Shown in pieces: positions 61,136-64,000 of a stretch of 64,000 nucleotides of DNA. The first letter of the stretch is position 1. Every line of letters begins with the position of its first letter. The stretch is from positions 859 to 64,858 of the forward strand of contig CAITZM010000016.1 in the NCBI GenBank assembly GCA_903896925.1. Reading direction: 5' to 3'. The notes below the pieces were generated by a model, which was not told the origin of the DNA, searched no databases, and saw only the letters and a list, made by a program, of their open reading frames with translations. The translations under genes were made by a program, and so were the position numbers. The DNA is from an uncultured Lentisphaerota bacterium. GTDB taxonomy: Bacteria > Verrucomicrobiota > Kiritimatiellia > CAIQIC01.

Positions 61136-64000
61136 GTGAATACATGGTTTTTACGCAAGCCGGACGGCGAAATTTACGGGCCGGTGGAGCAGTCGGAACT
61201 GGTGCGGTGGGCCAGCACCGACCGCATCGCGCCGGATGACGATATTTCGTCGGACCGCAAGGAGTGGCTGTCCGCGGCCAAGATGCCCGGGCTCAAGCTC
61301 AACTGGATGATCGAGTGGCCGGACGGTCATCGCGCCGGCCCTTATCATGTCAGCTCGCTCGGCGAAATGCTCGCCGACGGCGAACTGGAGGGCAACGAAG
61401 CCGTCCGGCACGTGCATTCCCAGCAGGCGGCCTCGTTGCTGGAGACCCTGCAGCAAGGGTTGCTGGCCGGCGAACTCCACCTCGGAGAGGGCGCCCTCAC
61501 CGCGGCCTTGTGCGGGATGATGCGCATCCAGACCGAGGACCCGCTGGCCGTCACCAGCCTCCTGGCCGGCGCACCGCCGGTGCAACCCGCTCCGGTCGTT
61601 TCCGCGGCGCCGGTACCGGTGGCGCCGGTCCCCTCGTCCCCGCTGCCGGCCGACCCAGGCGAGGGTGTGCGGAGGGCGGAGGCTGCCGGGGCACCCCAGG
61701 CTAAACTTTCCCTCACGCCCGCACCCGCGGCTCCGGCCGACGCCGGACAGAGCGACGAACTGGCCAAGGTGCGTGCGGCGCTCGCGGCACAGGTGGAGCA
61801 GGCGGCAGACGTCGCCCGGCAGTTGCAGGCGCAGCAGGCCGAGGCCGGCCGGTTGCGGCAGGAATGCGCAGCGCTGCAAAAGGCGCAAGCGGCGGAACGC
61901 CAGACGGCACAGCAGCAGGCGGCCACGCTGCAGCAGGTGCAGGCCCAACTCAAGGTAGCGCGAGCCGAGGCGCAGACGGCCAGCACCGCCACGGAAGCGC
62001 TACAGAAGACCCTGGATACCCTGCAGCGCGAACAGGGCGAGCGCGAGGCGGCTGCGCGCCGCGACGAACAAAGCGTCCTGAAGTTCAAGGAGCTACAGGC
62101 CGAGCAGGAAAAGCAACTGGCGGCGGCCCGCCTGCAGGCCGAGCAACAGGCCACCGCCTGCCAACAGGCGCAGGCGCAGTTGGCGCGCGCGCTCGCCGAA
62201 GCTGCGGCGACGGCCAAGGATCGCGACACCCTGCGGACCAACCTCCACGCGGCGGAGCGTGCCGTCGGGCGGCTGGCCGAGGAGCGCCAGCAGAGCGAGA
62301 CCGGGCTGCGTGCCGAGACGCAGGCGGTCAGCGCCGTCCGGGATGCGCTTCAGAAAAAACTCGAAGCCGGTCAGCGCGAACTGAGCGAGCGCGAGGCCAC
62401 CGTGCGTCAGCACGAGCAGAACGCGAAAAATTTCCAGGTGCAGGTGGCCGATGCGGAGAAGCAGCTGGTTGCCGCCCGCGCGCAGGCCGAGCAGCAGGGC
62501 GCCGCGCTCAAGCAGGCGCAGGATCAGCTGGCGGCCCGGCAGCGCGAGTTGGGCGAGCGCGATGTCGCCGTGCGCCAGCACGAGCAGCAGTCGAAGAGCT
62601 TCCAGACGCAGCTGGCCGATACGGGCATAAAATTCGCCGCGGCCCGTGCGCAGGTGGAGCAGCAGGGTGCCGCGCTCAAGCAGGCGCAGGATCAGCTGGC
62701 GGCCCGGCAGCGCGAGCTGGGCGAGCGCGATGCCGCCGCACGGCAGCATGAGCAGAACGCGAAGAATTTACAGGCGCAGGTGGCCGGTGCGGAGAAGCAG
62801 CTGGCGGCGGCCCGGGCGCAGGCCGAGCAGCAGGGCGCCGCCCTCAAACAGGCCCAGGAACAGCTCACGGCCCGCCAAGCCCAGCTCGACGCCGCCACGA
62901 AGCAGCGCACGGCGCTGGAGACCGAACGTGCGGGGCTGGTCAAGCAGCGCGACGCGCTGCAAAGCGAGCGCGAGGCCGCGCTGAAGAAGGCCGGCGAGCA
63001 GGAGCGGCTGGCGGAGGAGCGTCAGAAGGCCACCGCGCAGGCGCGAAACGAGGCGCAGACCGCCTTCGCCGCCCGGGACACCGCGCAAAAAACGCTGGAG
63101 GGCGTACGCCGCGAACTCGAAGAGACCAGCAGCAAGCTGGCGGAGCGGGATTTTTCGCTCCGGCAAGCCCAGCAGCAACTGCGCAAGCTCGAGGAGCAAG
63201 TGGTCGGGGCCGAGGCCGCGCTGGCGGAGGCGCAGCAGCAGCGCGACCGCGCGGAGGCCATCGCCGGCGACGCCGAGGCCGCGGTGGAGGCGGAGCGGGA
63301 AACGGATATTCTCAAGCGCGCCGCCTTGCAGCTGGAGCGGGACAATGCCGTCGAACGCTCCGAGGAGCGTGGCCGGTTTTGCGAGGAGATCTCGGCCGAG
63401 AAACGGCGCATGGAGCAACAGCTGCGCGGCGAGCTGAAGCAGGCGCAGGCCGCACGCGACGAAGCGCAGCGGGTGGTCGCGGATGCGCAGCGCGAAGCGG
63501 AGCAGGGGCGCGGGCGGGTGACAGCGGCCGAGGAGCAACTGCGCCAGCAGCAGCGCGCGGCGCAGGAGGCCCAGCAGCAGCTGGCCAGACTTTCTGCGCA
63601 GGTGGCGCAGGCCCAGTCCCTGCAACGGCAGGCCGAAACCGACGTGCAGCGGGAGCGCGAGGCCCGGAAGCGGCTCGAGACCGAAGCCCAGCAGGCGCAG
63701 ACCCTGCAGCGGCAGGCCGAAACCGACTTGCAGCGGGAGCGTGATACCCGGAAGCGGCTTGAGACCGAGGCGCAACAGGCGCAGGCCGAGCGCAGCCGGC
63801 AGGAAGCCGCGGTACAGCAACTGCGTCGCGATCTGGAGGCGGCCCGGCAGCGCGCGCCGGCCGTGCCTGCGCCGCCGCCCCAAGCCGACAAAGAAGCCGC
63901 AGAAGTGCGGCGCATGGGAGCCGAGGCGCAGCAGGCGCGCGAGGCCCGACAGCGGCTGGAGTCCGAACTGCAGCAGGCCCGGCAGGCCCGGCAGGGCTTG
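61136..64000 (+). CDS. Giant coiled-coil protein with two N-terminal GYF-like (DUF4339-type) domains; 3' end beyond the window end
   Basis: My own translation from about 61136 (GTG; the frame has TWFLRKPDGEIYGPVEQSELVRWASTDRIAPDDDISSDRKEWLSAAKMPG, then a second WMIEWPDGHRAGPYHVSSLGEMLADGELEG). A Pro-rich linker follows, then more than 800 aa of Q/A/E/R-rich heptad sequence with no stop to position 64000. It is absent from the ORF track because there is no stop in the window. The listed ORFs 61151..63915 on both strands are shadows of it. Confidence 0.7.
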   Translation, partial: MNTWFLRKPDGEIYGPVEQSELVRWASTDRIAPDDDISSDRKEWLSAAKMPGLKLNWMIEWPDGHRAGPYHVSSLGEMLADGELEGNEAVRHVHSQQAASLLETLQQGLLAGELHLGEGALTAALCGMMRIQTEDPLAVTSLLAGAPPVQPAPVVSAAPVPVAPVPSSPLPADPGEGVRRAEAAGAPQAKLSLTPAPAAPADAGQSDELAKVRAALAAQVEQAADVARQLQAQQAEAGRLRQECAALQKAQAAERQTAQQQAATLQQVQAQLKVARAEAQTASTATEALQKTLDTLQREQGEREAAARRDEQSVLKFKELQAEQEKQLAAARLQAEQQATACQQAQAQLARALAEAAATAKDRDTLRTNLHAAERAVGRLAEERQQSETGLRAETQAVSAVRDALQKKLEAGQRELSEREATVRQHEQNAKNFQVQVADAEKQLVAARAQAEQQGAALKQAQDQLAARQRELGERDVAVRQHEQQSKSFQTQLADTGIKFAAARAQVEQQGAALKQAQDQLAARQRELGERDAAARQHEQNAKNLQAQVAGAEKQLAAARAQAEQQGAALKQAQEQLTARQAQLDAATKQRTALETERAGLVKQRDALQSEREAALKKAGEQERLAEERQKATAQARNEAQTAFAARDTAQKTLEGVRRELEETSSKLAERDFSLRQAQQQLRKLEEQVVGAEAALAEAQQQRDRAEAIAGDAEAAVEAERETDILKRAALQLERDNAVERSEERGRFCEEISAEKRRMEQQLRGELKQAQAARDEAQRVVADAQREAEQGRGRVTAAEEQLRQQQRAAQEAQQQLARLSAQVAQAQSLQRQAETDVQREREARKRLETEAQQAQTLQRQAETDLQRERDTRKRLETEAQQAQAERSRQEAAVQQLRRDLEAARQRAPAVPAPPPQADKEAAEVRRMGAEAQQAREARQRLESELQQARQARQGL
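62404..62907 (+). repeat. Three tandem 168-bp (56-aa) coding repeats (RQHEQNAKNFQVQVADAEKQLVAARAQAEQQGAALKQAQDQLAARQRELGERD...); a further 2 x 84-bp repeat lies at about 63621..63788
   Basis: Read directly in the coiled-coil gene frame. The copies are about 85-90% identical at protein level. Confidence 0.6.

Noticed and set aside
62404-63788. Tandem repeats considered as a possible CRISPR array or minisatellite
   Set aside because: The units are 168 and 84 bp, in-frame, and contiguous with no spacers. They are coding repeats of the coiled-coil protein, not CRISPR.
61151-63915. Five overlapping 200-370-aa ORFs on both strands (61151..61948-, 61345..62241-, 61864..62751+, 62768..63883-, 63022..63915-)
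   Set aside because: All are alternative-frame or antisense readings of the single long coiled-coil gene. Their sequences are Ala/Arg/Cys-rich nonsense, typical of reading a GCN-rich coiled-coil gene out of frame.

Overview
High-GC (about 65-68% by eye) bacterial chromosomal segment. Gene content (PEP-CTERM protein, LVIVD-repeat propeller, BNR sialidase-like proteins, Tat/Sec-secreted CAZymes, few Shine-Dalgarno sites) suggests Verrucomicrobiota/Planctomycetota-like ancestry; that is inference only. Positions 1-32202 are one co-directional minus-strand array of about 26 genes headed by an IclR-family regulator. It reads as a glucuronoxylan/hexuronate utilisation locus: GH10 xylanase, GH115-like alpha-glucuronidase, two tandem clan-A glycoside hydrolases, an esterase and BNR and beta-helix proteins. 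For uronate catabolism it carries uxaC, an SDR candidate uxuB, uxuA, a second SDR, an SGL lactonase and a glucarate-dehydratase-like enolase, and for transport two MFS transporters including an ExuT-like one. Inside it is a duplicated two-gene cassette of two uncharacterised secreted protein families, bracketing a beta-helix protein and an LVIVD beta-propeller. A palindromic motif TTTCCAAG-N-CTTGGAAA recurs as tandem pairs about 31 bp apart in the array's intergenic gaps, and a KdgR-like box sits upstream of the ExuT-like gene. Positions 33.1-43.2 kb are housekeeping genes on the plus strand: uvrA, TPR protein, ExbB, ExbD, TonB-like, a zinc-ribbon mini-protein, hisD and hisC. Positions 43.3-45.9 kb form a repeat-bounded island. 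It has outer about 14-bp inverted repeats, two about 110-bp direct-repeat hairpin elements, a pair of about 110-bp inverted repeats flanking a B12-binding radical SAM gene, and tiny ATGRTTCTG-repeat ORFs. The remainder holds a GH43-like gene, a ceramidase-like gene, a THUMP RNA methyltransferase, a deoxyribosyltransferase-like gene, proS, a transglutaminase pseudogene, a PEP-CTERM protein, a GHL10-like lipoprotein, an FAD oxidase, a GT2 and a giant coiled-coil gene. The coiled-coil gene has tandem GYF-like N-terminal domains and runs off the window end. Two real genes at the window edges are absent from the ORF track because they have no stop in the window. Many long listed ORFs are antisense shadows or 5' over-extensions. 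No rRNA, tRNA or CRISPR array was found. Coordinates taken from my own reading (repeats, motifs, trimmed starts) may be off by 1-2 nt.
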